The notes: generated by a model not told the origin, from the sequence alone. DNA of 64,000 nt from an uncultured Ruminococcus sp. (GCA_964530795.1 CAZHBX010000001.1:92-64091), one strand, 5' to 3'; positions 52,291 to 63,263 are shown, numbered from the stretch's first letter. Numbers and translations: made by a program.

Positions 52291-52878
52291 TTACTCCGCC
52301 GGGGCTTCCCCCTCTTTCGGGGCTTCCCCCTCTTTCGGGGCTTCCCCCTCTTTCGGGGCTTCCTCCTCCGCCGGGGCCTCCTCCGCCGGGGCTTCTTCCC
52401 TCGGGGTTTCCACTTTCGACTCTTCGGACTTCTTGGCCTTCTTGGCCTTCTTGGCGGCCTTCTTCGCCGCCTTCGCGTCCGCCTTTTCTTCCTTCTTGTC
52501 CTTCTTGTCCTTCTTCGGGGCGTAGTAGCTTTCCGCGTCCACCAGCTCGATGAGCGCCATTTCCGCGCCGTCTCCGCGGCGCGGACCCAGCTTCAGAACC
52601 CGCGTGTAACCGCCGTTCCGCGCCTCATACAGCGGCGCAACGAACGTGAAGAGCTTGTAAACCGCTTCCTCCTTCTTCAGGAACGCGAGCGCCTGACGGC
52701 GGGAAGCCAACGTGTTCTGCTTGCCAAGCGTAATCATCTTGTCGGTCAACGCACTGACTTCCTTCGCGCGGGTATATGTCGTTTCGATGCGACCCGTTTC
52801 CAGCAGGAACGTCACCATGCCTTTGAGCATCGCCATCCTGTGGGACGTGGGTCTGCCTAACTTTCTTGTTCCGGGCAT
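52291..52878 (-). CDS. rplQ: 50S ribosomal protein L17 with a ~80-aa Lys/Ala/Glu/Pro-rich C-terminal extension
   Basis: Canonical L17 core ([15 protein letters not shown]...[24 protein letters not shown]) followed by [29 protein letters not shown]...[23 protein letters not shown]. Confidence 0.9.
   Translation of the reverse strand: MPGTRKLGRPTSHRMAMLKGMVTFLLETGRIETTYTRAKEVSALTDKMITLGKQNTLASRRQALAFLKKEEAVYKLFTFVAPLYEARNGGYTRVLKLGPRRGDGAEMALIELVDAESYYAPKKDKKDKKEEKADAKAAKKAAKKAKKAKKSEESKVETPREEAPAEEAPAEEEAPKEGEAPKEGEAPKEGEAPAE
52301..52354. repeat. Three perfect 18-bp tandem repeats inside the rplQ 3' end
   Basis: GGGGCTTCCCCCTCTTTC x3 (52301-52318, 52319-52336, 52337-52354), followed by degenerate copies up to about 52400. 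They encode (EAPKEG)n on the minus strand. Confidence 0.95.
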
Positions 52879-52907
52879 TTTCTTTCTGCCTCCTTACGCA
52901 CACAAAA

Positions 52908-53858
52908 TTATTCTTCGGGCTTTCTGAAAGCGAGCCCGAGCGACTGCAGCTTCAGAACGACCTCCTCCAGGGACTTCTTTCCGAGGTTGCGAACCTTAAT
53001 CATTTCCTCCTCGGACTTGCTGATGAGATCCTCCACGGTATCGATGTTCGCACGCTTCAAGCAGTTAAAGCTCCGCACGGACAGGTCAAGCTCCTCGATG
53101 GTCATCTCAAGTACCTTGCCCTTCTTCGTCTCCTCCCGCTCGACCAGAATCTCTGTATCCTTGGTCCCGTCGGACAGGTCAACAAACAGGTTCAGATGCT
53201 CGTTGAGGATCTTCGCGGCGAGGGAAACCGCTTCCTTCGCGTCGATCGTACCGTTCGTCGTGACCTCAAGCTGCAGGCGGTCGTAGTCGGTGACGTTGCC
53301 GACACGGGTGTTGGACACCGTGTAGTTTGCGGCGTAAACCGGCGTGTAGTTGGAGTCCGTGTAGATCACGCCGATGACCGGGTTTTCCGCCAGTTCCTTA
53401 TTGCGCTCCGCGGAAACATAGCCCCGCCCGTGCTCAAACGTCACCTGCATAAAGAACGACGTCCCGGGCTCGACCGTCGCGATGTGGTGGTCAGGGTTGA
53501 GAATCTCGATGTCGGAATCCGCCTGAATGTCGCCCGCCTTGACTTCCCCGCCGTGAGACTCGATCAGCACGGTCTTCGGCTCGCCGCAATACAGCTTCGC
53601 GACGATGCCTTTGACGTTGAGTACGATCTCCGGCACGTCCTCGCGAACGCCCGCAACCGCGGACAGTTCATGCAGCACGCCGTCAATCTTTATGCTCGAT
53701 GCGGCCACGCCGGGCAGCGAACCGATCAGCACCCGACGCAGGGCGTTGCCGAGCGTCATGCCGTATCCGCGCTCGAGCGGCTCGATGACAAACACGCCGT
53801 GTCTGCCGTCCTCGCTCACATCGGCCGTAACGATATTCGGCCTTTCGATTTCGATCAT
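52908..53858 (-). CDS. rpoA: DNA-directed RNA polymerase subunit alpha
   Basis: 316 aa with the N-terminus [25 protein letters not shown] and a C-terminal domain [17 protein letters not shown]. Confidence 0.95.
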   Translation of the reverse strand: MIEIERPNIVTADVSEDGRHGVFVIEPLERGYGMTLGNALRRVLIGSLPGVAASSIKIDGVLHELSAVAGVREDVPEIVLNVKGIVAKLYCGEPKTVLIESHGGEVKAGDIQADSDIEILNPDHHIATVEPGTSFFMQVTFEHGRGYVSAERNKELAENPVIGVIYTDSNYTPVYAANYTVSNTRVGNVTDYDRLQLEVTTNGTIDAKEAVSLAAKILNEHLNLFVDLSDGTKDTEILVEREETKKGKVLEMTIEELDLSVRSFNCLKRANIDTVEDLISKSEEEMIKVRNLGKKSLEEVVLKLQSLGLAFRKPEE

Positions 53859-53919
53859 GAATCAACTTCTCCTTTCTCGTGATACCTTCCAAGCAGCCTT
53901 TTTCAGGCCGCCGCACACC

Positions 53920-54558
53920 TTACTTGGAGTACAACTCGACGATCAGATGCTCCTCGAACGGGAAATCGATGTCCGCGCGCGTCGGCAGAGCGTTCACCGT
54001 CGCGCTGACCGGCTCGGTCGCGACCGTAAGCCAGGCGGGCACGGGTCTGCCGCCAATATTCTCGATAAGCGATTTAATCTTTTCGGACTCCTGGTTGGAT
54101 TTGCTGTCCTTGAGCGCGATCACGTCGCCCTGACGGACCAGCTGCGAAGGAATGTTGACCTTCTTCCCGTTGACGGTGAAATGACCGTGCAGGACGAGCT
54201 GACGCGCTTCCTTGCGGCTCGCAGCCAGACCCATGCGGTAAACCACATTGTCAAGCCGGCGCTCGATCATGATCAGCAGGTTTTCGCCCGTCTGACCCGG
54301 CTGGCGGTCGGCTTTCTCAAAGTAGTTCTTAAATTGCTTCTCCAGAATACCGTAGTAACGCTTTGCCTTCTGCTTCTCGCGAAGCTGGAGGGTGTACTCC
54401 TTCGGACGGCGGCGGGAAACGTTCGCCCCGTGCTGTCCGGGCGCCTGCCCTCTGCGGGTATAAGGACATTTGTCACTGGCGCATTTGTCGCCCTTCAGGT
54501 AGAGCTTCACGCCCTCCCGGCGGCAAAGTCGGCAGGACGGTCCAGTATATCTTGCCAT
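53920..54558 (-). CDS. rpsD: 30S ribosomal protein S4
   Basis: [17 protein letters not shown]-terminus and an S4 RNA-binding domain. Confidence 0.95.
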   Translation of the reverse strand: MARYTGPSCRLCRREGVKLYLKGDKCASDKCPYTRRGQAPGQHGANVSRRRPKEYTLQLREKQKAKRYYGILEKQFKNYFEKADRQPGQTGENLLIMIERRLDNVVYRMGLAASRKEARQLVLHGHFTVNGKKVNIPSQLVRQGDVIALKDSKSNQESEKIKSLIENIGGRPVPAWLTVATEPVSATVNALPTRADIDFPFEEHLIVELYSK

Positions 54559-54577
54559 GTGTTAGCCTCCTTTTCAT

Positions 54578-54976
54578 TCAGACACGACGTCTCTTGGGCG
54601 GTCTGCATCCGTTGTGCGGGATCGGCGTCACGTCCTTGATCATCGTGATTTCCAGCCCGGCGACCTGCAAAGCGCGGATCGCGGATTCTCTGCCCTGTCC
54701 CGGGCCTTTGACGTACACCTGCACAGTCCGCAGCCCATGCTCCATCGCGGCCTTCGCGGCCGTCTCCGCCGCCATCTGCGCCGCGAACGGCGTGGACTTC
54801 CGCGATCCGCGGTAGCCGAGCTCGCCCGCCGACGCCCACGAGATCGCGTTCCCCTGCGTGTCCGTGATCGTCACGATGGTGTTGTTGAAGCTGGACTGGA
54901 TATGTGCCGCGCCCCGTTCGATATGCTTCTTTTCGCGGCGCTTTTTGGTAACCGTTTTCTTGGTGACCTTTGCCAT
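54578..54976 (-). CDS. rpsK: 30S ribosomal protein S11
   Basis: [18 protein letters not shown] and [18 protein letters not shown] motifs. Confidence 0.95.
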   Translation of the reverse strand: MAKVTKKTVTKKRREKKHIERGAAHIQSSFNNTIVTITDTQGNAISWASAGELGYRGSRKSTPFAAQMAAETAAKAAMEHGLRTVQVYVKGPGQGRESAIRALQVAGLEITMIKDVTPIPHNGCRPPKRRRV

Positions 54977-54994
54977 TGGTTGGCTGCCCTCCTT

Positions 54995-55363
54995 TTACTT
55001 CTTCTTGTTGGCGATGGTCTTGACCGGACCTTTTCTGGTTCTCGCGTTGGTCTTAGTGCGCTGACCATGAACCGGCAGACCCTTGCGGTGCCGTTGCCCG
55101 CGATAGCAATCGATCTCAACCATTCGCTTGATGTTCAGACCCACCTCACGGCGGAGATCGCCTTCGACAACGTAGTTGTTTTCAATGCAGTCACGGAGCT
55201 TGGCGATGTCGGATTCGCTCAAATCCTTCACGCGGGTGTCGGGGTTAATGCCGGTCTGCCTGAGAATCTCGTTGGAACGGCTTCTGCCGATCCCGTAGAT
55301 GTAGCAAAGCCCGATCTCAACCCGTTTTGCATTGGGAATATCAACACCTGAAATACGTGCCAT
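54995..55363 (-). CDS. rpsM: 30S ribosomal protein S13
   Basis: [11 protein letters not shown]-terminus in the conserved gene order. Confidence 0.95.
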   Translation of the reverse strand: MARISGVDIPNAKRVEIGLCYIYGIGRSRSNEILRQTGINPDTRVKDLSESDIAKLRDCIENNYVVEGDLRREVGLNIKRMVEIDCYRGQRHRKGLPVHGQRTKTNARTRKGPVKTIANKKK

Positions 55364-55395
55364 TCTCTACTTTTTCCTTTCTGATTATGATGGGT

Positions 55396-55509
55396 TCAAC
55401 CTTGTTTTTGCTTGTGTTTGGGATTTTCGCAGATCACCATGACCTTGCCTTTTCTCCTGATAATCTTGCACTTGTCACAGATTTTCTTCACAGAGGGTTT
55501 GACCTTCAT
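55396..55509 (-). CDS. rpmJ: 50S ribosomal protein L36
   Basis: Hand translation (not in the ORF track): [37 protein letters not shown], 37 aa, between infA and rpsM. Confidence 0.9.
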   Translation of the reverse strand: MKVKPSVKKICDKCKIIRRKGKVMVICENPKHKQKQG

Positions 55510-55599
55510 GTGGGACACCTATCCTTTCTGAACCGAATCATGTCTGCCTTTTCGCAGTATTCCGTGCTTCTTTTATCCTGCGGCGAAATAAACGGGCGT

Positions 55600-55842
55600 T
55601 TATTTCGCTCTGAATGTGATACGTCCTTGATTCAGGTCGTAAACCGAAACCTCGACCTTCACCCGATCGCCCGGAAGAATTCGGATATAGTTCATCCGCA
55701 TCTTGCCGGAAATGTGTGCCGTCACCAGATGCCCGTTCGTCAGCTTCACACGGAACACCGTGTTCGGCAGCACCTCGACCACCGTGCCCTCACACTCGAT
55801 CACGTCGTCCCTTTCCTTAGCCAGAACAATTCCTCCTTCCAA
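55600..55842 (-). CDS. infA: Translation initiation factor IF-1
   Basis: S1-like core [35 protein letters not shown]. No ATG start is present. The candidates are TTG 55842 (GGAGG 8 nt upstream) or CTG 55824 (GGAGGA 6 nt upstream, which would give the canonical M-AKE.. N-terminus). Confidence 0.85.
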   Translation of the reverse strand: MEGGIVLAKERDDVIECEGTVVEVLPNTVFRVKLTNGHLVTAHISGKMRMNYIRILPGDRVKVEVSVYDLNQGRITFRAK

Positions 55843-55845
55843 ACC

Positions 55846-56121
55846 TCACGCCTCCGGCGCCTGTCCCGTCGTTTCCCGGATCCACTGCCGCAAAAAGCGG
55901 TTCGTCACGACTGCCCCGTCAAACCGGAGCGCCTCGCCGTCGGCGCCGTACAACGGCCGCACATGCTTGCGTTTCTTCTTCTTCGGGCGTTCCACCGGGC
56001 GGATCCGGCCGTCCGCGAGGTACAGGTACTCCCCGTCCTCCCGCACGACCACGCAGACCACCCCGCGGTCCCGTCCCGCCAAGGGGACGACCGCCCGTCC
56101 TAACCAGCCATCATCACCCAT
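55846..56121 (-). CDS. KOW-domain small RNA-binding protein
   Basis: 91 aa (GRAVVPLAGRDRG..VVV..DG.YLYLADG) in the conserved Clostridia position between map and infA. The track ORF 55846..56502 overextends into map. Confidence 0.7.
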   Translation of the reverse strand: MGDDGWLGRAVVPLAGRDRGVVCVVVREDGEYLYLADGRIRPVERPKKKKRKHVRPLYGADGEALRFDGAVVTNRFLRQWIRETTGQAPEA

Positions 56122-56132
56122 AAAAACCCTTT

Positions 56133-56885
56133 TCAGCTCGGATCCGTCAGGATCCAAACTCCGTTTTTTGTTAGTGCAATCGTGTTTTCGTAGTGGGAGG
56201 AAAGTCTCCCGTCCTTCGTCACGACCGTCCAGCGGTTCGCGAGCGTGCGCACCTCGTGCGTCCCCGCGTTGATCATCGGCTCGATTGCGATCGTCATGCC
56301 CGCGCTCAGCCGAATGCCCCGGCCGGCGCTCCCGTAGTTCGGGACCTCCGGGTCCTCGTGGAGTTTCTGCCCCACGCCGTGCCCAACGTACTCCCGCACC
56401 ACGCTGCAGCCGTGCGCTTCCGCGTACGTCTGCACCGCGTGCCCGATGTCCCCGAGCCGTGCGCCCGGCGCCTCCGCGGCCCGGATCGCCTGAAAGAAGC
56501 ACTCCCGCGTCACCTCGACGAGCTGTTTCGCCTCGTCGCTGATTTCCCCGACCGGGAAGGTCGCGGCGCAGTCGCCGTGGTATCCGCGATAGAACGCCCC
56601 GACGTCGATCTTGACGAGATCCCCCGCCTTGAGCGCCCGGTCCGACGGGATCCCGTGGATCACTTCGTCATTGACGCTGACGCAGGCGGACGCCGGGAAC
56701 CCGTACAGGTGCAGGAACGACGGACTTGCCCCGTGCGAGCGAATCACCCTGCAAATCTCCGCGTCGATCTGGGCGGTGGTGACGCCCTCCTTGCAGAGCG
56801 CGCCGCCCGCCTCCCGCGCAAGCGCCGCAATCCGACCCGCGTCCCGCATCCTGCGCAGTTCCTCGTCCGTTCGTAACGTAATCAT
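56133..56885 (-). CDS. map: Type I methionine aminopeptidase
   Basis: Metal-ligand contexts (DVGA..GYHGD, GHGVG, EP) in a 250-aa protein. Confidence 0.95.
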   Translation of the reverse strand: MITLRTDEELRRMRDAGRIAALAREAGGALCKEGVTTAQIDAEICRVIRSHGASPSFLHLYGFPASACVSVNDEVIHGIPSDRALKAGDLVKIDVGAFYRGYHGDCAATFPVGEISDEAKQLVEVTRECFFQAIRAAEAPGARLGDIGHAVQTYAEAHGCSVVREYVGHGVGQKLHEDPEVPNYGSAGRGIRLSAGMTIAIEPMINAGTHEVRTLANRWTVVTKDGRLSSHYENTIALTKNGVWILTDPS

Positions 56886-57523
56886 TTCCCGATGCCGAGC
56901 GCCTCGCGCACCAAGCGGGACGTGTCTTCGACCCTGTCCTGCCCGTTGACCGTGCGCAAGAGGCCCTTCCGCTCGTAATAGGCCTTGAGCGGTTCGGTTT
57001 CGCGGTGGTAGACCGCGAGCCGGTTCCGCACGACGTCCGCTTTGTCGTCCGGCCGCTGCGAAAGCGCCGCGCCGCAGACGTCACATTTCCCTTCGTCCTT
57101 CTTCGGCGGGTTGTACAGCACATGATAGGTCGCGCCGCAGGACGGGCAGACCCGCCGCCCGCTCATGCGTTCAACGATCGTTTCGTCCGAGACTTCCAGC
57201 GAAAGCACACAGTCCACCGCAATCCCGAGCGACTCGAGCGCCTCCGCCTGCGGAACGGTCCGCGGGAAACCGTCGAGAATAAACCCGTTCTTGCAGTCGT
57301 CCCGCGCCAAGCGATCCCGCAGGATCCCGACGACCAGTTCGTCCGGGACCAAAGCCCCACTCGCCATGACCGTCTCGGCCCGCTTGCCAAGTGCCGTGCC
57401 TTCCTTGATCGCCGCACGCAGCATCGCGCCGGTTGAAACCGTCGGAATCCGCAGGGCCGCGCTGATCCGTTCGCCCTGCGTGCCCTTTCCGGCGCCCGGA
57501 GGGCCGAACAGAATGAGTTTCAT
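56882..57523 (-). CDS. adk: Adenylate kinase (zinc-lid type)
   Basis: [11 protein letters not shown]-loop and a Cys4 lid (CPSCG...CDVCG). Confidence 0.95.
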   Translation of the reverse strand: MKLILFGPPGAGKGTQGERISAALRIPTVSTGAMLRAAIKEGTALGKRAETVMASGALVPDELVVGILRDRLARDDCKNGFILDGFPRTVPQAEALESLGIAVDCVLSLEVSDETIVERMSGRRVCPSCGATYHVLYNPPKKDEGKCDVCGAALSQRPDDKADVVRNRLAVYHRETEPLKAYYERKGLLRTVNGQDRVEDTSRLVREALGIGK

Positions 57524-57544
57524 CGCAAATCAACCTTTCTTCAC

Positions 57545-58828
57545 TTACGCAAGGAAGCCCTTGTAATGCCGCATCGTCGTTTCGGACTCGATGTCGCGCG
57601 CAGTCTGCAACGCGACGTCCACCACGATGATGACCGACGTGCCGCCATGCACCAGCGCGCCCAGCGCGGTCCAGCCGGTCCAGCTCATGAGAATCGGGAA
57701 GATCGACATGAACGCCAGGAACAGGGCGCCGATGAGCGTCACACGATGGACGACTTTCTTGATATACTGCGCCGTCGGCTGACCCGGGCGGTAACCCAAG
57801 ATCGTGCCGCCGTTCGCCTTGAGGTTGTTGGCAACCTCGTTGACGTTAAACGAGATCGCAATATAGAAGTACGCGAAAGCGATAATCAGCACGAACATCA
57901 CGATCACATAGATCGGGCTGCTCGGCGAGAACCACTTCTGCACCCACGCCTGGAACTTGCCGCCGATCAGCAGCGCCAGCGTCGCGGGCAGCGAAACGAT
58001 CGCGTTCGCGAAGATGATCGGCATGACACCGCCCATCATGACGCGAATCGGGAGATACGTGTTCGCGCCGCCGTACATTTTCCGTCCGACCTGCCGCTTC
58101 GCGTACTGCACCGGCAGCCGCCGCTCGGAGTTCGAGAAAAAGACGACCAGCGTCACGATCGCGAGCATCATCACCACCGCGAGGATCACACCGAGAATGT
58201 CGCCGAAGCTGATCGTGATGTTGAGCATGGACTCGACGACCGACGGGACACTCGAAATGATGTTCGCAAACAGGATCAGCGAGATTCCGTTGCCGATGCC
58301 CTTTTCGTCGATCCGTTCGCCGATCCACATGACCAGGCATGCCCCGGCGGTGTGGCAAGCGAGAATGACAATCATCGTGAACCACTTCGGCATATTGGAA
58401 TCGATCAGGCCCTGACTGTTGAGCGTCGCATAGTAGCCGTACGACGTGACCAGCGCGAGAGCGATCGTGACGTACCGGGTGATTTTCGAGATTTTAGCCT
58501 GCCCTTCCGGACCGCTCTTCGCGATGCGTTCGAGGGCGGGAATCGCGATTGTCAGCAACTGAATGACGATCGACGCGGTGATATACGGGCTGACGCCGAG
58601 TGCGAACAACGTCGCGTTCTGGAACGCCTGCCCGGCAAGCATACTGAAGTATCCAAACAACGTTCCGTTCGTCGCGGTGGAATCAAACAGTTCGCTGACT
58701 CCCTTGCTGTCGATGAACGGCACCATGATGTTCGCCCCGAAACGGAACACCACGATGATGAACAATGTGTAGAGCATCCGTTTGCGAATTTCCGGCACCC
58801 TCCACGCATTCTTGAAAATCTTGAACAT
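57545..58828 (-). CDS. secY: Preprotein translocase subunit SecY
   Basis: 427-aa 10-TM protein in the conserved position between rplO and adk. Confidence 0.95.
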   Translation of the reverse strand: MFKIFKNAWRVPEIRKRMLYTLFIIVVFRFGANIMVPFIDSKGVSELFDSTATNGTLFGYFSMLAGQAFQNATLFALGVSPYITASIVIQLLTIAIPALERIAKSGPEGQAKISKITRYVTIALALVTSYGYYATLNSQGLIDSNMPKWFTMIVILACHTAGACLVMWIGERIDEKGIGNGISLILFANIISSVPSVVESMLNITISFGDILGVILAVVMMLAIVTLVVFFSNSERRLPVQYAKRQVGRKMYGGANTYLPIRVMMGGVMPIIFANAIVSLPATLALLIGGKFQAWVQKWFSPSSPIYVIVMFVLIIAFAYFYIAISFNVNEVANNLKANGGTILGYRPGQPTAQYIKKVVHRVTLIGALFLAFMSIFPILMSWTGWTALGALVHGGTSVIIVVDVALQTARDIESETTMRHYKGFLA

Positions 58829-58898
58829 GCTTACTCACCTGCCCTTTCGAAAAGCATTGCGGCCTTTTCCGCGCGCCGATTGCGTTCGGACGAACATT

Positions 58899-59339
58899 TT
58901 AAAGCACCTCCGTCTTTCCGCCTGCGGCTTCGATTTTCTCTTTTGCGGTAGCGGAAAAACGGGTGGCTTTCACGGTCAGGGGGTGAGTCAATTCGCCGTT
59001 GCCCAGCACCTTCAGCCCGTCAAAGGCGTTCTTGACCGTCCCGTCCGCGAGCAGCGTATCAAGACCGACGACTGCGCCGCTCTCGTAACGCTCCAAATCG
59101 GAAAGGTTGACGATGGCGAACCGCTTCGCGAAGCGGTTCTTGAATCCGCGCTTCGGCAGTTTGCGGTAAAGCGGAAGCTGGCCGCCCTCAAATCCGGGAC
59201 GGACCCCGCCGCCGGAGCGGGCATTCTGCCCTTTATGGCCGCGGCCGGCGGTCTTGCCGTTGCCGCTGCCCGCGCCCCGGCCCTTGCGGTACGCCGTCCT
59301 GACAGCGCCCGGCGCCGGGGAAAGCTCCTGTAGCTTCAT
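58899..59339 (-). CDS. rplO: 50S ribosomal protein L15
   Basis: [12 protein letters not shown]..GRGxGSGxGKT motif. Confidence 0.95.
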   Translation of the reverse strand: MKLQELSPAPGAVRTAYRKGRGAGSGNGKTAGRGHKGQNARSGGGVRPGFEGGQLPLYRKLPKRGFKNRFAKRFAIVNLSDLERYESGAVVGLDTLLADGTVKNAFDGLKVLGNGELTHPLTVKATRFSATAKEKIEAAGGKTEVL

Positions 59340-59359
59340 ATCTTTTGTTTCCTCCTCTT

Positions 59360-59536
59360 TCAGGCTTCATCGACGCGGACGAGGTGGGAAATGACCGCCA
59401 GCTTGCCGTCGATTTCCGGAGTCCTCTCGACCGTCTTGCGGTCGCCGATCTTGCGCAGCTCGAGCGACCTGCAAGTCAAAATCTGGTTCTCCTTGCGGCC
59501 GATGAGGCTTTTCGTCAATGTGATGGTAACTTTCAT
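59360..59536 (-). CDS. rpmD: 50S ribosomal protein L30
   Basis: Hand translation (the track shows only an off-frame ORF): [58 protein letters not shown], 58 aa. Confidence 0.9.
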   Translation of the reverse strand: MKVTITLTKSLIGRKENQILTCRSLELRKIGDRKTVERTPEIDGKLAVISHLVRVDEA

Positions 59537-59550
59537 CCCGAACCTCCTTT

Positions 59551-60045
59551 TCAGCGGACGTCCGCGACTTCAATGCCCCGTCGCCGCGCGACCTGATCGA
59601 CCGTTTGCAGCTCTTTGAGGGCCTCGAACGTCGCCTTGACCACGTTCGCCGGGTTGTTCGACCGCAGCGACTTGCCGCGGATGTCGCGGATCCCCGCCAT
59701 CTCCAGCACCGCGCGCATCTTGCCGCCGGCGATGATCCCGGTACCGGGCGCGGCGGGCTTCAGAAGCACCCTCCCGGCCCCGAATTCGCCGATAATCTCA
59801 TGCGGAATCGTCGTCCCGTCCAGCGGAACCTCAATGATGTTGCGCTTCGCGGCCTCGATGGCCTTGCGGATCGCGTCCGGCACTTCCGCCGCCTTCCCGA
59901 TCCCATAGCCGACCAGCCCTTCGCCGTTGCCGACGACGACCAACGCGGAGAACCGGCGGATCCGGCCGCCCTTGACCGTCTTCGAGACGCTCTTGGTATC
60001 GACCAGATTTTCCTTGAATTCGATGTTGGAATAATCCTTCTTCAT
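59551..60045 (-). CDS. rpsE: 30S ribosomal protein S5
   Basis: [24 protein letters not shown] motif in the conserved gene order. Confidence 0.95.
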   Translation of the reverse strand: MKKDYSNIEFKENLVDTKSVSKTVKGGRIRRFSALVVVGNGEGLVGYGIGKAAEVPDAIRKAIEAAKRNIIEVPLDGTTIPHEIIGEFGAGRVLLKPAAPGTGIIAGGKMRAVLEMAGIRDIRGKSLRSNNPANVVKATFEALKELQTVDQVARRRGIEVADVR

Positions 60046-60058
60046 CTCGTACTCCTCC

Positions 60059-60418
60059 TCAGAACTTCAGGCCGGCTTCGCGAGCGGCCTCCGCCAGCGC
60101 CTTAACACGGCCGTGGTACAGGTTGCCGCCCCGGTCGAACACCACCTCGGTGATGTTCTTTTCCAGCGCGCGCTTCGCGACAAGCTCACCGACCTTCTTG
60201 GCCGACTCGATATTCCCGCCCTCCTTGCCGAACGCCTTCTCCGTGGAGGAAGCGGCGACGAGCGTATGTCCGACGGTATCGTCGATGATTTGCACCTGAA
60301 TGTTCTCGTTGGAACGGTAGACGCAGAAACGGGGTCTTGCCGGAGTGCCGAAAATCTTGGCGCGGACTCTCTTATGCCGATGGAGCCGCTTTGCGTTGCT
60401 GTCAACGTGACGAATCAT
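60059..60418 (-). CDS. rplR: 50S ribosomal protein L18
   Basis: [42 protein letters not shown]. Confidence 0.95.
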   Translation of the reverse strand: MIRHVDSNAKRLHRHKRVRAKIFGTPARPRFCVYRSNENIQVQIIDDTVGHTLVAASSTEKAFGKEGGNIESAKKVGELVAKRALEKNITEVVFDRGGNLYHGRVKALAEAAREAGLKF

Positions 60419-60438
60419 GCTCTCTCACTCCTTCCCGT

Positions 60439-61002
60439 TTACTTCGCTTTACCGGCTTTGCCGGCCTTGCTTCTGACGTGCTCGCCCGCGTACCGGATGC
60501 CCTTTCCGTGGTACGGCTCGGGCGCGCGCTTGCCGCGGATGACCGCGGAGATCTGACCGACCTGCTGCTTGCTCGGGCCGCTGACCGTGATCTTCAGCCC
60601 GTTGCTGTCTTTCGGCACGTCGTAGGTGATGCCCTCCGGCGCCGGCACGAGGATATCATGCGAATAGCCGAGGTGCAGCAGAAGGTCCTTCCCTTTCATC
60701 TCGGCGCGGTAGCCGGTACCGACGATCTCCAAGCTCCGCGAATAGCCCTCGGTCACGCCGATGACCATGTTCGCGATGAGGGTTCTGGACAGCCCGTGCA
60801 GCGCACGGAACTCCTTTTCATCGTTGGGACGCTCGACCAAGATCTCGGCGCCCTCCTGCCGGACGGTGATGCCGGCGTGCAGCTTTTCGGAAAGCGTGCC
60901 CTTCGGCCCCTTGACCGTGACGAGGTTGTGGTCCCCGACCGTATCGATCGTCACCGTCACGCCCGCCGGAACCGCAATCGGTTTCTTGCCAATTCTGGAC
61001 AT
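60439..61002 (-). CDS. rplF: 50S ribosomal protein L6
   Basis: [18 protein letters not shown]-terminus. Confidence 0.95.
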   Translation of the reverse strand: MSRIGKKPIAVPAGVTVTIDTVGDHNLVTVKGPKGTLSEKLHAGITVRQEGAEILVERPNDEKEFRALHGLSRTLIANMVIGVTEGYSRSLEIVGTGYRAEMKGKDLLLHLGYSHDILVPAPEGITYDVPKDSNGLKITVSGPSKQQVGQISAVIRGKRAPEPYHGKGIRYAGEHVRSKAGKAGKAK

Positions 61003-61075
61003 ATGACCTTATTTCCTTTCTTGTCACTCGTGTTTCGTTTTTCCCTCAGCGGGGAAAATCCGCTTCGCGAATTTT

Positions 61076-61474
61076 TTACCAGACAAACGCGAGCACTTCG
61101 CCGCCCACGTTTTGCTTGCGGGCAGCCTTGTCGGTCATAATTCCACGGGAAGTGGAAACGATCGCGATGCCGAGGCCGTTTCTGACCTTCGGAATATCCT
61201 GACTTGCCGCATAAATCCTCAATCCGGGCTTGGAGACGCGCTTCAGTCCCTGGATGATCTTCTGCTTTCCCTCGCCGTACTTCAGGGTGATCGTGATGAT
61301 CCCCTGCTTGCCGTCGTCGGTCACTTGATAACCCTTGATATAGCCCTCGTCAAGAAGAATCTGAGCGATGGCTTTTTTCATATTGGAGGCGGGAACGTCC
61401 ACCGTATCATGCTTTGCGTCGTTCGCATTGCGGATGCGGGTGAGCAGATCCGCCACAACGTCTGTCATCTGCAT
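61076..61474 (-). CDS. rpsH: 30S ribosomal protein S8
   Basis: [14 protein letters not shown] motif in a 132-aa protein. Confidence 0.95.
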   Translation of the reverse strand: MQMTDVVADLLTRIRNANDAKHDTVDVPASNMKKAIAQILLDEGYIKGYQVTDDGKQGIITITLKYGEGKQKIIQGLKRVSKPGLRIYAASQDIPKVRNGLGIAIVSTSRGIMTDKAARKQNVGGEVLAFVW

Positions 61475-61494
61475 AGTACAATCCCCCTTTTCGA

Positions 61495-61680
61495 TTACCA
61501 GCTCGCCTTTTTCACACCCGGGATCTCGCCCCTGTAGGCGAGGTTCCGAAAGCAGATTCGGCAGACGCCGTACTTGCGCAGATACGCGTGCGGCCGTCCG
61601 CAGATCTTGCAGCGGGTGTACGCACGGGTGGAAAACTTCGGCTTCTTCTGCTGCTTGAGGATCATTGCCTTCTTTGCCAT
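61495..61680 (-). CDS. rpsZ: 30S ribosomal protein S14 type Z (zinc-binding)
   Basis: 61 aa with [20 protein letters not shown]. Confidence 0.95.
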   Translation of the reverse strand: MAKKAMILKQQKKPKFSTRAYTRCKICGRPHAYLRKYGVCRICFRNLAYRGEIPGVKKASW

Positions 61681-61699
61681 GCTGTTTTCCTCCTTTCGC

Positions 61700-62242
61700 T
61701 TACTGTCTCGCGAACGGCGCGCCGAGCAGAGTCAGAAGCTCTCTGGCTTCCTCGTCCGTCTCCGCTGTCGTCACGAAGCAAATATCCATCCCGCGGACCT
61801 TGTCAACCTTATCGTACTCGATCTCCGGGAAAATCAACTGTTCCTTCAGGCCGATCGTGTAGTTCCCACGGCCGTCGAACGCGTTCGGGTTAATCCCCTT
61901 GAAGTCGCGCACGCGGGGCAGCGAGAGATTGAAGAACTTATCCACAAACTCCCACATATTCTCCGACCGCAGCGTGACCTTCACGCCGATCTTCATACCC
62001 GCGCGGACCTTGAAATTTGAAACCGACTTCTTCGCTGTTGTCGCGACCGCCTTCTGTCCCGTAATCGCGGTCAGGTCGGCGATGATCGCGTCGATCGCCT
62101 TCGGGTTGTCCTTTGCCTCGCCCGCGCCGACGTTGATGACGACCTTGTTCAGCCGCGGGATCTGCATCGGGCTCTTGTACTTGAACTTCGACATGAGAGC
62201 GGGCGCGACGTCGCTCTTATAGAATTCTTCCAATCTTGACAT
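61700..62242 (-). CDS. rplE: 50S ribosomal protein L5
   Basis: [18 protein letters not shown]-terminus in the conserved gene order. Confidence 0.95.
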   Translation of the reverse strand: MSRLEEFYKSDVAPALMSKFKYKSPMQIPRLNKVVINVGAGEAKDNPKAIDAIIADLTAITGQKAVATTAKKSVSNFKVRAGMKIGVKVTLRSENMWEFVDKFFNLSLPRVRDFKGINPNAFDGRGNYTIGLKEQLIFPEIEYDKVDKVRGMDICFVTTAETDEEARELLTLLGAPFARQ

Positions 62243-62260
62243 CTTTCCGTTCCTCCCGCC

Positions 62261-62590
62261 TTAAAGTTCTTCCCCGCATTTGACGCAGACGCGCAGTTTT
62301 TCGCCCTTCTCCGTCACCTTCACGCGAGTACGGCGGCCTGCGTCGCACTTCGGGCAGTACAACTGCACCTTGCTTGCGTAGATCGCCCCTTCGGTCTTGA
62401 TGATGCCGCCCGGATCCCCCTGACGGCGGGGCTTGACGTGCTTGGACACGACGTGCACCCCTTCGACGATCACCTTGCCCTCCTTCGGGGAGACGCTGAT
62501 GACCTTGCCGACCGACTTCTTGCTGCCGTTGGCATATTCGCCGGAAATCACGACCACCGTGTCCCCGGTTTTAATGTGCATTTTACTCAT
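62261..62590 (-). CDS. rplX: 50S ribosomal protein L24 (with CxxC...CxxC C-terminal segment)
   Basis: KOW core (IKTGDTVVVISGEYANGSK.GKV) with a C-terminus YCPKCDAGRRTRVKVTEKGEKLRVCVKCGEEL. Confidence 0.95.
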   Translation of the reverse strand: MSKMHIKTGDTVVVISGEYANGSKKSVGKVISVSPKEGKVIVEGVHVVSKHVKPRRQGDPGGIIKTEGAIYASKVQLYCPKCDAGRRTRVKVTEKGEKLRVCVKCGEEL

Positions 62591-62605
62591 TTCGCGTTCC
62601 TCCCG

Positions 62606-62974
62606 TCAAACCACTTCCGGCGCGAGCGAAAGGATCTTCATATATTCGTGATCGCGAAGCTCTCTCGCCACCGGCCCGAAAATACGGGTGCCTCTGGGAT
62701 TCTTATCTTCCTTGATGATCACCGCCGCGTTCTCGTCGAACCGAACATACGACCCGTCGGCCCGTCTCGTCGGCTGGACCGTCCGCACCACCACGGCGCG
62801 CACGACCTCGCCCTTCTTGACCACGCCCCCCGGCGCCGCCTTCTTCACGGTGCAGACGACCACATCCCCCACGCCCGCGTAGCGTCGCCCGGTCCCGCCA
62901 AGTACACGGATGCACATAAGCTCCTTCGCCCCTGTGTTGTCGGCAACCTTCATTCGGGATTGCTGCTGTAGCAT
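62606..62974 (-). CDS. rplN: 50S ribosomal protein L14
   Basis: [28 protein letters not shown]-terminus. Confidence 0.95.
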   Translation of the reverse strand: MLQQQSRMKVADNTGAKELMCIRVLGGTGRRYAGVGDVVVCTVKKAAPGGVVKKGEVVRAVVVRTVQPTRRADGSYVRFDENAAVIIKEDKNPRGTRIFGPVARELRDHEYMKILSLAPEVV

Positions 62975-62989
62975 TGCTGTACCTCCTGC

Positions 62990-63244
62990 TTACTTGGCTC
63001 TCTCGAGAATCTCGACAAGACGCCAGTTTTTGTCCTTTGAAAGCGGACGGGTCTCCATGATCCGCACTGTGTCGCCCACCCTCGCCTCGTTCTTTTCGTC
63101 ATGCGCCTTCAGCCGAAGCGTCCGTTTGAGAATCTTCTTATAGAGCGGGTGCTTGACGCTGTCGTGGATCGCCACGACGATGGTTTTGTCCATTTTGTCG
63201 CTGACGACCTGTCCGACGCGGACCTTTCTCATTGCTCTTTCCAT
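62990..63244 (-). CDS. rpsQ: 30S ribosomal protein S17
   Basis: [16 protein letters not shown]...[23 protein letters not shown]. An alternative start is at the second Met. Confidence 0.95.
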   Translation of the reverse strand: MERAMRKVRVGQVVSDKMDKTIVVAIHDSVKHPLYKKILKRTLRLKAHDEKNEARVGDTVRIMETRPLSKDKNWRLVEILERAK

Positions 63245-63263
63245 CTTTTCCGTTTCCTCCCTG

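Noticed and set aside
52301-52400. Tandem repeats considered as a CRISPR or minisatellite. The same question was asked of 1494-1567 and 21295-21326.
   Set aside because: The units are 18-45 bp with no spacers, they lie in frame inside coding sequences, and they translate to low-complexity peptide repeats. They are not CRISPR arrays.
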